From contig CAVZII010000005.1 in assembly GCA_963775275.1 (NCBI GenBank), positions 1,731,445 to 1,795,444 of the forward strand: a DNA stretch of 64,000 nt, in the 5' to 3' direction. The stretch's first letter is position 1. Each line of letters begins with the position of its first letter. Made by a program: the position numbers and the translations under genes. The stretch is from an uncultured Alphaproteobacteria bacterium. GTDB lineage: Bacteria > Pseudomonadota > Alphaproteobacteria > Caulobacterales > Caulobacteraceae. Below the pieces are notes generated by a model, which was not told where the DNA came from, searched no databases, and was given only the letters and a program-made list of their open reading frames with translations. Of this stretch, positions 21,508-29,779 are shown in pieces.

Positions 21508-23646
21508 ATGCGCGTCCTGCCCCTGGCCCTCGCGGCCGTCATCCTTGGATGTGGTTCCGCCTTGGCCCAGACACCGCCTTCGCCTGCTCCCGCCGCCGTT
21601 TCCGCCGCCGAGCCCCAGGACCCCTTCATCTGGCTGGAGGACGCCGAAAGCCCCAAGGCGCTCGACTGGGCGAGGGCCGAGAACGCCCGCTCGCTGGGGA
21701 TCCTCGAAAAGGACCCGCGCTACCAGGGCCTGCACCAGCAGGCGCTGAAGATCGTCGACGCCTCCGACCGCATCCCCATGCCCGCCTTCCGCGCGGGCGC
21801 GATCTACAACCTTTGGCAGGACAAGGACCACGTGCAGGGGCTGTGGCGGCGTACGAGCCTGGCGAGCTACCAGACCCCCGATCCGGCCTGGGAGACGGTG
21901 CTGGACCTGGACGCGCTCTCCAAGGCCGAGGGCAAGACCTGGGTCTGGAAGGGCGCGACGTGCCTGAAGCCCGACGAGCGGCTGTGCATCATCGCTCTGT
22001 CGGACGGGGGCGAGGACGCCATCGAGGCGCGCGAGTTCGACCTGCCGTCAAAGAGCTTCGTCAAGGGCGGCTTCGACCTGCCCAAGGGCAAGCAGGACAT
22101 CGACTGGCTGGACCCCGACACCCTGATCGTGGCCCGCGACTGGGGGCCCGGGACCATGACCGAGTCCGGCTACGCCTTCGTGGTCAAGGCCCTCAAGCGG
22201 GGTCAGGCGCTGGATCAGGCGCAGGAGCTGTTCCGCGGCAAGCCGGCCGACGTCGGGGTCTCGCCCTACAGCCTCTATGACGGCCAGACCGGCGCGCGGG
22301 CGGTGATGATCAACCGCGCCGTCACCTTCTTCGAGGCGGAGACCTACGCCCTGACCAAGGCTGGCGTCGTCAAGCTGCCGCTGCCCCTGAAGTCGACGGT
22401 GCGCGGCCTCATCGGCGGCCAGCTGATCTTCACCATCGAGCAGGACTGGACCCCCGAGGGCGCGGCCAAGTCCTTCGCCCAGGGCTCGCTGATGGCCGCC
22501 GACCTCGGCGCGCTGGAGCGCGGCGACGCCTCGGGCGCGACGGTCCTCTTTGCGCCGGGCCCCCGGGACTCGGTCGAGGACGTCGGCGTGACCAAGGACC
22601 GGGTGATCGTGGCCGCCTACCACAATGTGCGGGGGCGGGCCCTGGTCTTCGCCCGCGGCGCGGACGGCGCCTGGACCCAGAGCCAGCTCGGCCTGCCCGA
22701 CCAGGCGTCGGTGGGGCTGACCGACACGGACGACGCCTCCGACCGGGCGTTCGTGCGGGTGGAGAGCTTCCTCGAGCCGACCACGCTCTATCTGGCGGAT
22801 GCGGCCAGCGGAGCGCTGAAGCCCGTCAAGCGCCTGCCCGCCCGCTTCGACGCCTCCAAGGACGTGACCGAGCAGTTCGAGGCGACCTCCAAGGACGGGA
22901 CCAGGATCCCCTACTTCGTGGTCCGGCCCAAGGATCTGAAGCTCGACGGGACCGCGCCGACGCTGCTCTACGCCTACGGCGGTTTCCAGGTGTCGATGAC
23001 GCCGTCCTACTCGGGAATGATCGGCAAGCTCTGGCTGGAACGGGGCGGGGTCTATGTGCTCGCCAACATCCGCGGCGGCGGCGAGTTCGGGCCGGCCTGG
23101 CACGACGCCGGGCTGAAGACCCACCGCCAGCGCATCTACGACGACTTCGCGGCGGTGGCGCAGGACCTGATCGCGCGGAAGATCACCAGTCCGCGCCGGC
23201 TCGGCATCGAGGGCGGCTCCAACGGCGGGCTCCTGATGGGGGTCGAACTCGAGCAGCATCCCGAGCTCTGGCGCGCGGTGGTGATCCAGGTGCCGCTCCT
23301 GGACATGCTGCGCTTCACCAAGATCGGCGCGGGCGCCTCGTGGGTGGGCGAATACGGCAGCCCGGACGTCCCGGCCGAGCGGGCGTTCCTGGCCTCGATC
23401 TCGCCCTACCAGAACCTCAGGGCCGGCACAGCCTATCCCGAGCCGCTGTTCGTGACCTCGACCAAGGACGACCGGGTCAGCCCCGCCCACGCGCGCAAGA
23501 TGGCGGCGAAGATGGCCGCCATGGGCCTGCCCTTCCTCTACTACGAGAACATCGAGGGCGGGCACTCGGCGGCGGCCAACCTGCAGGAGACCGCCCACCG
23601 CGTGGCGCTGGAGATGACCTACCTGACGCGCAAGCTGATGGACTGA
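21508..23646 (+). CDS. Prolyl oligopeptidase family serine peptidase (S9A), secreted
   Basis: 712 aa. Signal peptide MRVLPLALAAVILGCGSALAQTPP, an N-terminal beta-propeller region, and C-terminal ..IEGGSNGGLLMG.. (GGSNGG nucleophile) with the Asp/His of the S9 triad. Confidence 0.9.
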   Translation: MRVLPLALAAVILGCGSALAQTPPSPAPAAVSAAEPQDPFIWLEDAESPKALDWARAENARSLGILEKDPRYQGLHQQALKIVDASDRIPMPAFRAGAIYNLWQDKDHVQGLWRRTSLASYQTPDPAWETVLDLDALSKAEGKTWVWKGATCLKPDERLCIIALSDGGEDAIEAREFDLPSKSFVKGGFDLPKGKQDIDWLDPDTLIVARDWGPGTMTESGYAFVVKALKRGQALDQAQELFRGKPADVGVSPYSLYDGQTGARAVMINRAVTFFEAETYALTKAGVVKLPLPLKSTVRGLIGGQLIFTIEQDWTPEGAAKSFAQGSLMAADLGALERGDASGATVLFAPGPRDSVEDVGVTKDRVIVAAYHNVRGRALVFARGADGAWTQSQLGLPDQASVGLTDTDDASDRAFVRVESFLEPTTLYLADAASGALKPVKRLPARFDASKDVTEQFEATSKDGTRIPYFVVRPKDLKLDGTAPTLLYAYGGFQVSMTPSYSGMIGKLWLERGGVYVLANIRGGGEFGPAWHDAGLKTHRQRIYDDFAAVAQDLIARKITSPRRLGIEGGSNGGLLMGVELEQHPELWRAVVIQVPLLDMLRFTKIGAGASWVGEYGSPDVPAERAFLASISPYQNLRAGTAYPEPLFVTSTKDDRVSPAHARKMAAKMAAMGLPFLYYENIEGGHSAAANLQETAHRVALEMTYLTRKLMD

Positions 23647-23700
23647 CGAGCTGGGCGATCTTCGTCCAGACCGGGGAAGGTCCACGGGCGCGCCGCGGAC

Positions 23701-24292
23701 TCAGGCGGCTGCGCGCGCCTCGGACACCTCGTCGACGAGCCCGAAGGCCTTGGCTTGCTCCGCGCTCATGAAGGTGTCGCGGTCCAGCGCCCGCTCGATC
23801 TCATCGAGAGTGCGCCCGCAGTGCTTCGCATAGAGCCGGTTGATGTTGGCCTGGGTCTCGAGCACGTCCTTGGCGTGGCGCTCTATGTCGCTGACCTTGC
23901 CCTGATAGCCGCCGGCGCCCTGGTGGACCATGATGCGGGCGTTGGGCATGGAGACGCGCCGGCCCGGCTCGCCGGCCATCAGCAGGAACGAGCCCATGGA
24001 GGCGGCGAAGCCGATGCAGTAGGTCGCCACCGGGCTCTTGATGTACTGCATGGTGTCGTAGATCGCGAAGCCGGCGGTCACCACGCCGCCCGGGGAATTG
24101 ATGTAGAGCGAGATCTCCTTCTTCGGGTTCTCGGCCTCGAGGTAGAGCAGCTGGGCGCAGATCAGCGCCGCCATGCCGTCCTCCACCTGTCCGTTCAGGA
24201 ACACGACCCGCTCGCGCAGCAGGCGCGAGAAGATGTCGAAGGCCCGCTCGCCGCGGCTCGAACTCCTCCACCACCATCGGCACGAGGCCCAT
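23701..24292 (-). CDS. clpP: ATP-dependent Clp protease proteolytic subunit ClpP, interrupted by an apparent +1 frameshift near 24263-24266
   Basis: N-terminus [10 protein letters not shown] is in one frame. The -1 frame then reads [35 protein letters not shown]... through the catalytic region to the stop (track ORF 23701..24204). The span is 592 nt (3n+1); deleting one g in ..gtggagGagttcg.. restores a 196-aa ClpP. Confidence 0.8.
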
Positions 24293-24642
24293 CACGCCGC
24301 CCACTTCAGGCCGGACTGCAAGCGCATCGACGGGCCGCGCCGGGCCCGGACCGCCGCCAGGGAGACGACCGCCGGGCTGTGGACCACGCGCAGGCGCACG
24401 CCGCCTGCGGGCGTGGGCGTCAGGGTGAACTCCACCTCGCTGGCCGCCCAGCCAGGCTCGCGCCAGGCATAACGGACCCGTTCGTTGGGTTCGGCCTGCA
24501 AGATCTCGAATTCCACGGCCGGGCCCGAATCGGCCTCGGCGGGCGCCAGCCAGGCGCCGACCAGGTCCGGGTCGGTCAGCGCGCGCCACACCTTTTCCAA
24601 TGGCTCCGCCAGGTCTGCCTCGACGATGACCTCATCGCTCAT
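24292..24642 (-). CDS. SRPBCC-superfamily protein (Aha1/activator-of-Hsp90-ATPase-like)
   Basis: 116 aa MSDEVIVEADLAEPLEKVWRALTDPDLVGAWL.. with the typical SRPBCC N-terminal motif. ATGA overlap with the upstream arsR; its stop overlaps the clpP ATG by 1 nt. Confidence 0.6.
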   Translation of the reverse strand: MSDEVIVEADLAEPLEKVWRALTDPDLVGAWLAPAEADSGPAVEFEILQAEPNERVRYAWREPGWAASEVEFTLTPTPAGGVRLRVVHSPAVVSLAAVRARRGPSMRLQSGLKWAA

Positions 24643-24953
24643 TCGTCCATCTCCTTGAGCACCGTCTTCAGGCGCTCGATGCGCTCGGGCCAGAAGGCGC
24701 GATAGCGTTCGACCCACTCAGCCAGGGGCGCCAGGCCCTCCGGCGCGATCCGGTAGTAGGCGAAGCGTCCTTCCCGCCGCTCGCTGACCAGCCCCGCGCC
24801 CTTGAGCGCGGCCAGGTGCTGGGAGATCGCCGGCTGGGAGACCTCGAACCCCGCCTTCAGCTCCGAGACGGTCATCTCGCGCCCCGCCAGCCGCTCGAAC
24901 ACCGCGCGGCGCGTGGGATCGGCGAGCGCGCGGAAGACGTGGGTGTCGGCCAT
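24639..24953 (-). CDS. ArsR/SmtB-family transcriptional regulator
   Basis: 104 aa ..HVFRALADPTRRAVFERLAGREMTVSELKAGFEVSQPAISQHLAALKGAGLV.. is a classic ArsR HTH. ArsR paired with SRPBCC is a common operon. Confidence 0.8.
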   Translation of the reverse strand: MADTHVFRALADPTRRAVFERLAGREMTVSELKAGFEVSQPAISQHLAALKGAGLVSERREGRFAYYRIAPEGLAPLAEWVERYRAFWPERIERLKTVLKEMDE

Positions 24954-25035
24954 GCCGATAAATAAGTCATGACTTATGCGAAAGCGCAAGCGTCAAAGCA
25001 GACGGCGCCACGCGGCCTGCCGGAAGTTGGCGGAC

Positions 25036-25200
25036 TGATGTGTCTGCTCTCCCAGTGGGAGAGGAAGGGGCCCATTGCGGAGCCGTGGGAAGGTGAGGGG
25101 TTTCGCTGGCGGCGTCTTATCCCCTCATCTTCCCACGCTCCTGGCGGAGCGCGGGCCCTTCTTCTCCCCATGGGAGAAGAAAGGTTCACCCCCGTTCCCA
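25036..25200. repeat. REP/MITE-like triple-hairpin intergenic element, copy A
   Basis: Three hairpins: ctctccc-agt-gggagag; cgtgggaaggtgagggg..(20-nt loop)..cccctcatcttcccacg; cccttcttctcccc-atg-gggagaagaaagg. About 75% identical in sequence and arrangement to copy B at 57270..57420. Confidence 0.6.
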
Positions 25201-25485
25201 GGCGATCTCCAGGGTCTCGCGGTGGGCGAAGCGCTCCAGGTGCCGGGCGATGACCTGCTCCATCCGCTCCAGATCCGGCTCGCTGGCGGCTTGCACGGTC
25301 AGCTCCAGGGCGTCGGCCTCGGCCTTCAGCGCACAGGCGCCGAAGGGGAACTCCAGGGCGCCGGCCTGGTCGTCGAAGCTGGCCGGCAGCTTGTGGGCGA
25401 AGTGCTTGCAGAGCTGGACCATGTAGCGGCGGCCCAGGGGCGTCGCCACCTTGGCCCGGGACTGTCTGGCGGCGAGCCCGCTCAT
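25186..25485 (-). CDS. DUF2218 domain protein
   Basis: 99 aa MSGLAARQSRAKVATPLGRRYMVQLCKHFAHKLPASFDD... ATGA overlap with the upstream padR. PadR plus DUF2218 is a recurrent pair. Confidence 0.65.
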   Translation of the reverse strand: MSGLAARQSRAKVATPLGRRYMVQLCKHFAHKLPASFDDQAGALEFPFGACALKAEADALELTVQAASEPDLERMEQVIARHLERFAHRETLEIAWERG

Positions 25486-26012
25486 GCCGCCTCCACCTTC
25501 GTCGCCGCCTCGTCGATCGCCTTGACGACCTGGACCAGCCGCGCCTCGTCGAGCGGGCCCTGGGCCAGCTTGAGCCTGAGCGCGGTGTGCAGGTTCTCCA
25601 TGGCGCGGATCACCCGCGGGCCCACCGTCGAGTTGCGCTGGGAAACCTCGTCCAGGCGCGCCAGGATCTGGTCCACATTGGCCTTGTCCGCGTCCAGGGC
25701 CGCGCGGCCCGCGTCGGTCGCGGCATAGGCCTTCTTGCCGCCCTCGGCGTCGACTTGTTCGACCAGGCCCTGTTCCTGGAGCAGGGTCAGGGTGGGATAG
25801 ATCACGCCGGGGCTCGGGCTGTACTCGCCGCCGGTCATCTCCTCGAGCGCCTTGATGATGTCGTAGCCGTGCCGCGGCCGCTCGGCGATCAGGGCCAGCA
25901 TCACCAGCCTCAGGTCGCCCTGATCGAACATCCGGCCGCGCCGATGGCCCCACCGGCCGCGCTCATGGCCCCGGCCCCAGCGGCCGGGATGCCGCCAATA
26001 GTCATGTGTCAT
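25482..26012 (-). CDS. PadR-family transcriptional regulator (His/Arg-rich N-terminal extension)
   Basis: ..LVMLALIAERPRHGYDIIKALEEMTGGEYSPSPGVIYPTLTLLQEQGLV.. is a PadR winged HTH. The start could be 26012 or the internal M (MFDQGDL) at 25931. Confidence 0.75.
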   Translation of the reverse strand: MTHDYWRHPGRWGRGHERGRWGHRRGRMFDQGDLRLVMLALIAERPRHGYDIIKALEEMTGGEYSPSPGVIYPTLTLLQEQGLVEQVDAEGGKKAYAATDAGRAALDADKANVDQILARLDEVSQRNSTVGPRVIRAMENLHTALRLKLAQGPLDEARLVQVVKAIDEAATKVEAA

Positions 26013-26060
26013 ATCGCAATCCTATCAAGATATATCGAAACAGTTAGATATATCGAACTT
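26010..26060. promoter_or_regulatory. AT-rich direct repeats (gATATATCGAA x2, 18-bp spacing, plus a third ATATCG) upstream of padR; candidate operator
   Basis: catatcgcaatcctatcaaGATATATCGAAacagttaGATATATCGAActt sits immediately 5' of the padR start. It is unusually AT-rich for this genome. Confidence 0.4.
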
Positions 26061-26130
26061 GCATCTTTGGCAAGGGGCGCGGATCGAGGCGCGTCGTCGA
26101 TCGTCCCCCAAGGGGAGAAGATCGCGCGGT

Positions 26131-27033
26131 TCAGCCGGCGTCGCGGAAGGCTTCGGCCAGCATGCGGCCCTCCAGCGCCCGGCTGGAGCCCTTGCGCCAG
26201 GCGATCACGATCTCGCGCTTTGGCTCCTTGGCGGCCAGGTGCAGCACGCTGATGGGGACGCCGCGCGCGAGGCCCGCCTCGACCGCCATGGCCGGCACCA
26301 GGGAGACGCCGAGGCCCGAGCCCACCATCTGGACCAGGGTGTGCAGCGAGGTGGCCGCGAAGCCTTCCCCGCCGAGACGCGGCGGCTCGAGGCCGCAGAC
26401 CGCCAGGGCGTGCTCGCGAAGGCAGTGGCCGTCCTCGAGCAGGATCAGGTCCTCGTCCTCCAGGCGGTCGGCGGTGACCGGCTCGGAGCTCGCCAGGGGG
26501 TGGCCGACGGGCAGGGCGGCCAGGAGCTCGTCGTCGCCGATATGGGCCGTCTCCAGGCCCGCCGTGTCGTAGGGCAGGGCGATCAGGGCGGCGTCCAGGG
26601 CGCCGGCCTTCAGAGCGGCGATCAGCCGGTGGGTCAGGTCCTCGCGCAGGAACAGGCTGAGCTTGGGGAAGCGCTCGCGCAGCAGCGGCAGGGCCTTGGG
26701 CAGCAGATACGGGGCGACGGTGGGGATGACGCCAAGGCGGAAGCGGCCGGTCAGGGGCTGGCCCGCGGCGCGCGCGGCCTGCACCAGATCCTCGGCTCTG
26801 GCCAGGATGTCGTTGGCGCGCCCGACCATCTCCTCGCCGATGGGGGTCATGATCACGCCCGTGCGCGCGCGGTCGACCACCGGCGCCCCCAGGATCTTCT
26901 CCAGCTCCTGCACGCCGGCCGAAAGAGTGGGCTGGGTGACGTGCGCGGCCTCGGCGGCGCGGCTGAACGAGCCGTGCTCGGCCAGGAGCTTGAGGTACTG
27001 CAGCTGTCGCAGGGTCGGGAGCATGGCCACCAT
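26131..27033 (-). CDS. oxyR: LysR-family redox regulator OxyR
   Basis: 300 aa. LysR HTH (..LRQLQYLKLLAEHGSFSRAAEAAHVTQPTLS..) plus the redox Cys pair (..EDGHCLREHALAVCGLEP..) at the OxyR C199/C208-equivalent positions. Divergent from a peroxiredoxin gene. Confidence 0.85.
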   Translation of the reverse strand: MVAMLPTLRQLQYLKLLAEHGSFSRAAEAAHVTQPTLSAGVQELEKILGAPVVDRARTGVIMTPIGEEMVGRANDILARAEDLVQAARAAGQPLTGRFRLGVIPTVAPYLLPKALPLLRERFPKLSLFLREDLTHRLIAALKAGALDAALIALPYDTAGLETAHIGDDELLAALPVGHPLASSEPVTADRLEDEDLILLEDGHCLREHALAVCGLEPPRLGGEGFAATSLHTLVQMVGSGLGVSLVPAMAVEAGLARGVPISVLHLAAKEPKREIVIAWRKGSSRALEGRMLAEAFRDAG

Positions 27034-27155
27034 ATAGGCTGGCCCTATGAAATTTGCAAAAACAATCGATTAGATTTCTAGGCGTCGGGGACCTACCTCT
27101 TGGCCAAGGCGTTCCACACGGACGTCAACCCAAAGAACCGTAAGGAGCACGCACG
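27034..27155. promoter_or_regulatory. oxyR-ahpC divergent promoter region with an OxyR-type ATAG-N7-CTAT element
   Basis: ATAGgctggccCTAT at 27035..27049, followed by further degenerate (T)TAG..CTAG elements, in the AT-rich 123-bp intergenic region. Confidence 0.45.
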
Positions 27156-27713
27156 ATGATGGGCGTCGGACAGAAGCTGCCTGACTTCAAGCTCGTGGGC
27201 GTGAAGCCGGGATTCATGCGCCACGAGGAGAACGGCCAATCGGCCTTCGAGACCCTCACCCCCGAGAGCTTCCCCGGGAAGTGGAAGGTCATCTTCTTCT
27301 ATCCCAAGGACTTCACCTTCATCTGCCCCACCGAGATCGCCGAGTTCGCCCGGCTCAATCCCGAGTTCGCCGAACGCGACGCGGTGGTGCTGGGCGGCTC
27401 GGTGGACAACGAACACGTCAAGCTCGCCTGGCGGCGCGATCACCCCTCGCTGGCCAATCTGCCGATCTGGCAGTTCGCCGACTCCGGCGGCCGCTTCGCC
27501 CGCGCCCTGGGCGTGCTGGACGAGGCCGAAGGCGTGGCGCTGCGGGCCACCTTCGTGGTCGATCCCGAGGGCGTGATCCAGCACGTCTACGTCACCAACC
27601 TGAACGTGGGCCGCGCGCCGGCCGACACCCTGAGGGTCGTGGACGCGCTGCAGACCGACGAGCTTTGCGCCTGCAACCGTCCGGTCGGAGGGGACGTCCT
27701 CGAGGCTGCGTAG
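27156..27713 (+). CDS. ahpC: Peroxiredoxin, AhpC/TSA family (alkyl hydroperoxide reductase C-like)
   Basis: 185 aa ..FFYPKDFTFICPTEI.. (peroxidatic Cys) and a C-terminal ..ELCACN.. (resolving Cys region). Confidence 0.85.
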   Translation: MMGVGQKLPDFKLVGVKPGFMRHEENGQSAFETLTPESFPGKWKVIFFYPKDFTFICPTEIAEFARLNPEFAERDAVVLGGSVDNEHVKLAWRRDHPSLANLPIWQFADSGGRFARALGVLDEAEGVALRATFVVDPEGVIQHVYVTNLNVGRAPADTLRVVDALQTDELCACNRPVGGDVLEAA

Positions 27714-27925
27714 AACAAGGCGACGGCCCGGCCTTGTCGGGCCCTACGGAACGCTCGCGCCTCCACGCGGGCCAGGCCGCGGAGCGTCGAGGGATTTCCT
27801 CCCCCCCACGATCCCTCCGCTCCGCGGCCGCTTCGCCTGGACCTCGGACCAGCCGCCGTCCGGTCAAGCGCCCCAGCACCCCGAGCGGCGCGCGCGCCGG
27901 CCGCGCCCCCGCCGCGCCCCCGCCG

Positions 27926-28495
27926 TCACACCTTCTGCGCCGCCCTGATCGCCGCGCGGCAGCCGGCGCGGATGACCGCCGTGAGCAGCTCGTAGCCCGG
28001 CGCCTCGCGCGCGCCCTGGTCGATCGCCCGGTCGCGGTGGTCGAGCTCGTCCTGGCGGTACCCGCAAAGCTGGGCCGCCAGCTCGGGGTCGCGCTCTTCC
28101 AGCTCCTCGATCTGGCCGGCGTAGTGCTGCTCGATCACGGTCTCCACCGCCTCGGTGCAGGCGTGGGCGGCCCGCTCGCCGGCGAGGGCGGTGGCGGCGC
28201 CGAGCGCGAACCCCGCTGCGCGCCACAGCGGCGACAGCAGCGACGGGCGCACGCCGCGCTCCAGCAGGAGCTGGTCGAAGGCCTGCAGGTGCACGCTCTC
28301 CTGGGCGCCCATCTCCTCGACCTCGGCCGCGCTCGCCGCCGTGGCCGCCGCGCGGCCGAGCACCGCCGCCTGACCGCGGTAGATCTGGACGGCCGCCAGC
28401 TCGCCGGCGTGGTCCACGCGCAGGATCTCGTGCAGCCGCGCGCGCATGGCGTGGCGGCCCGGCCGGGGCGGGACGGGGCGTTCCGGGCGCATCAT
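27926..28495 (-). CDS. coq7: Demethoxyubiquinone hydroxylase, COQ7 family (ferritin-like di-iron)
   Basis: 189 aa MMRPERP..ILRVDHAGELAAVQIYRGQ..EEMGAQESVHLQAFD..HACTEAVETVIEQHYAGQIEEL with the di-iron carboxylate motifs ExxH x2. It is the C-terminal part of the shadow ORF 27926..29545. Confidence 0.75.
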   Translation of the reverse strand: MMRPERPVPPRPGRHAMRARLHEILRVDHAGELAAVQIYRGQAAVLGRAAATAASAAEVEEMGAQESVHLQAFDQLLLERGVRPSLLSPLWRAAGFALGAATALAGERAAHACTEAVETVIEQHYAGQIEELEERDPELAAQLCGYRQDELDHRDRAIDQGAREAPGYELLTAVIRAGCRAAIRAAQKV

Positions 28496-29013
28496 GCGCG
28501 GGCCTCCTGCTGCATTCCCGCTTTGGCGGCGATCACGCTGACCGTGGCGAAGACCAGCGAGCAGACCGCGTTCCAGCCGGCCATGGACAGGCCCAGCATC
28601 CGCCAGGCCGCCACGTCGCACTGGGGTCCGCGGATCCGCGCGCCGTTCAAGAGGGCCAGGAGGTCCTTGGCGTTGACCTGGCCCGAGCCGGTGCAGGCCT
28701 TGGGACCCGGCCACCAGTGCCACTCCACGCCCGCGTGATAGGACGCGAGCGCCGCGCTGTAGAGGAACACCAGCACGAGCAGCCAGCTCGTCCAGGTGAT
28801 CAGCACTGGCCGCTTCAGGGCCCTGGCCGCGCCGAAGCCGACGAGGCCGATCGGCAGGGCGACCCAGTAGACCGTGCGCTGCTTGAGGCAGAGCTCGCAG
28901 GGCGGAAGATGGCCGAAGGTCTCGAAGGCGTGGGCGATCGCCAGCATCGCCGCCGAGACCGCGGCCGCGGCGAGCGGCCAGTTCGAAACCAGGATGCGCC
29001 ACGCGCGGGTCAT
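28492..29013 (-). CDS. dsbB: Disulfide bond formation protein B (DsbB/DsbI family)
   Basis: 173 aa, four TMs, ..HLPPCELCLKQR.. and a second periplasmic Cys pair (..CTGSGQ..RGPQCDV..). ATGA overlap with coq7. Confidence 0.75.
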   Translation of the reverse strand: MTRAWRILVSNWPLAAAAVSAAMLAIAHAFETFGHLPPCELCLKQRTVYWVALPIGLVGFGAARALKRPVLITWTSWLLVLVFLYSAALASYHAGVEWHWWPGPKACTGSGQVNAKDLLALLNGARIRGPQCDVAAWRMLGLSMAGWNAVCSLVFATVSVIAAKAGMQQEARA

Positions 29014-29037
29014 GGCTGCGGTATAGGTCCGTCGCCG

Positions 29038-29604
29038 CTAGTGGACCAGCCTCAGCGCCATCACCGCCCCCACGATGACCACGGCGACGGCGCTGACCAC
29101 CAGGCCCAGGCGCCGCTCGACGAAGCCGCGGATCGGCGCGCCGTAGCGGGCGATCAGCCAGGCGACGAGGCTGAACCGCGCCCCGCGGATGACGATCGAG
29201 GCCCCGATGAAGAGCGGGAAGTTGAACTGGAACAGGCCCGAGGCGATGGCCATCAGCTTGTAGGGCAGGGGCAGGGTCAGCAGCAGCACGCCCCAGCGGC
29301 CGTACCAGCGCTGGAAGGCGTCCATGCTGTGGGCCGAGCCGGTCAGGCTGAGCAGCCAGTGGCCCACCGGGTGCAGGAAGTAGCCGATGGCGTAGCCGGT
29401 CGAGCCGCCGAGGACGGAGCAGAAGAGGCAGATCAGGACGTTGCGCCAGGCGTGTTCGCGCCTGGCCATCACCATGGGCATCAGCATGACGTCCGGCGGG
29501 ATGGGGAAGAAGACGCCCTCGCAGAAGGCCACCACCCCCAGCCACGCGGGCGCGGCGGGCGAAGCCGAGAGCTCCATCAGCCGGTCGTAGGTGCGTCTCA
29601 GCAT
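29038..29604 (-). CDS. YqaA/DedA-family membrane protein
   Basis: 188 aa, multi-TM, ..GVVAFCEGVFFPIPPDVMLMPM.. typical of the SNARE-associated/DedA-like YqaA family. Confidence 0.7.
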   Translation of the reverse strand: MLRRTYDRLMELSASPAAPAWLGVVAFCEGVFFPIPPDVMLMPMVMARREHAWRNVLICLFCSVLGGSTGYAIGYFLHPVGHWLLSLTGSAHSMDAFQRWYGRWGVLLLTLPLPYKLMAIASGLFQFNFPLFIGASIVIRGARFSLVAWLIARYGAPIRGFVERRLGLVVSAVAVVIVGAVMALRLVH

Positions 29605-29779
29605 GCCGGCGCGGCTCCCGTCCTTTCCGGAACCTTTGCCGGATGGGCGGCCTCTACCAGTGATTCAAGGCTGTTTCACAGCGCTTTCGGCCAAAGGCCG
29701 CGCGGCGGGGCGCCAAGGTGTGATTTCCGCGGGCGCCCGGCTTGGGTAGGGTTGCAGCCAGCAAGAGGACACCCTCCCC

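Noticed and set aside
24969-25253. Small ORFs (24969..25253 +, 24974..25189 -) inside repeat copy A
   Set aside because: They are translations of the hairpin repeat itself (Gly/Glu/Lys from GGGAGAAGAAAGG arms), not genes.
25186-25953. 255-aa ORF overlapping padR in another frame
   Set aside because: Only the last 99 aa (DUF2218 gene, own ATG at 25485) are genuine. The rest is low-complexity shadow of padR.
27860-27926. Direct repeat GCGCCCCCGCC x2 and GC-rich tract downstream of coq7
   Set aside because: Short, low-complexity GC repeat in a 3' UTR; no evidence of function.
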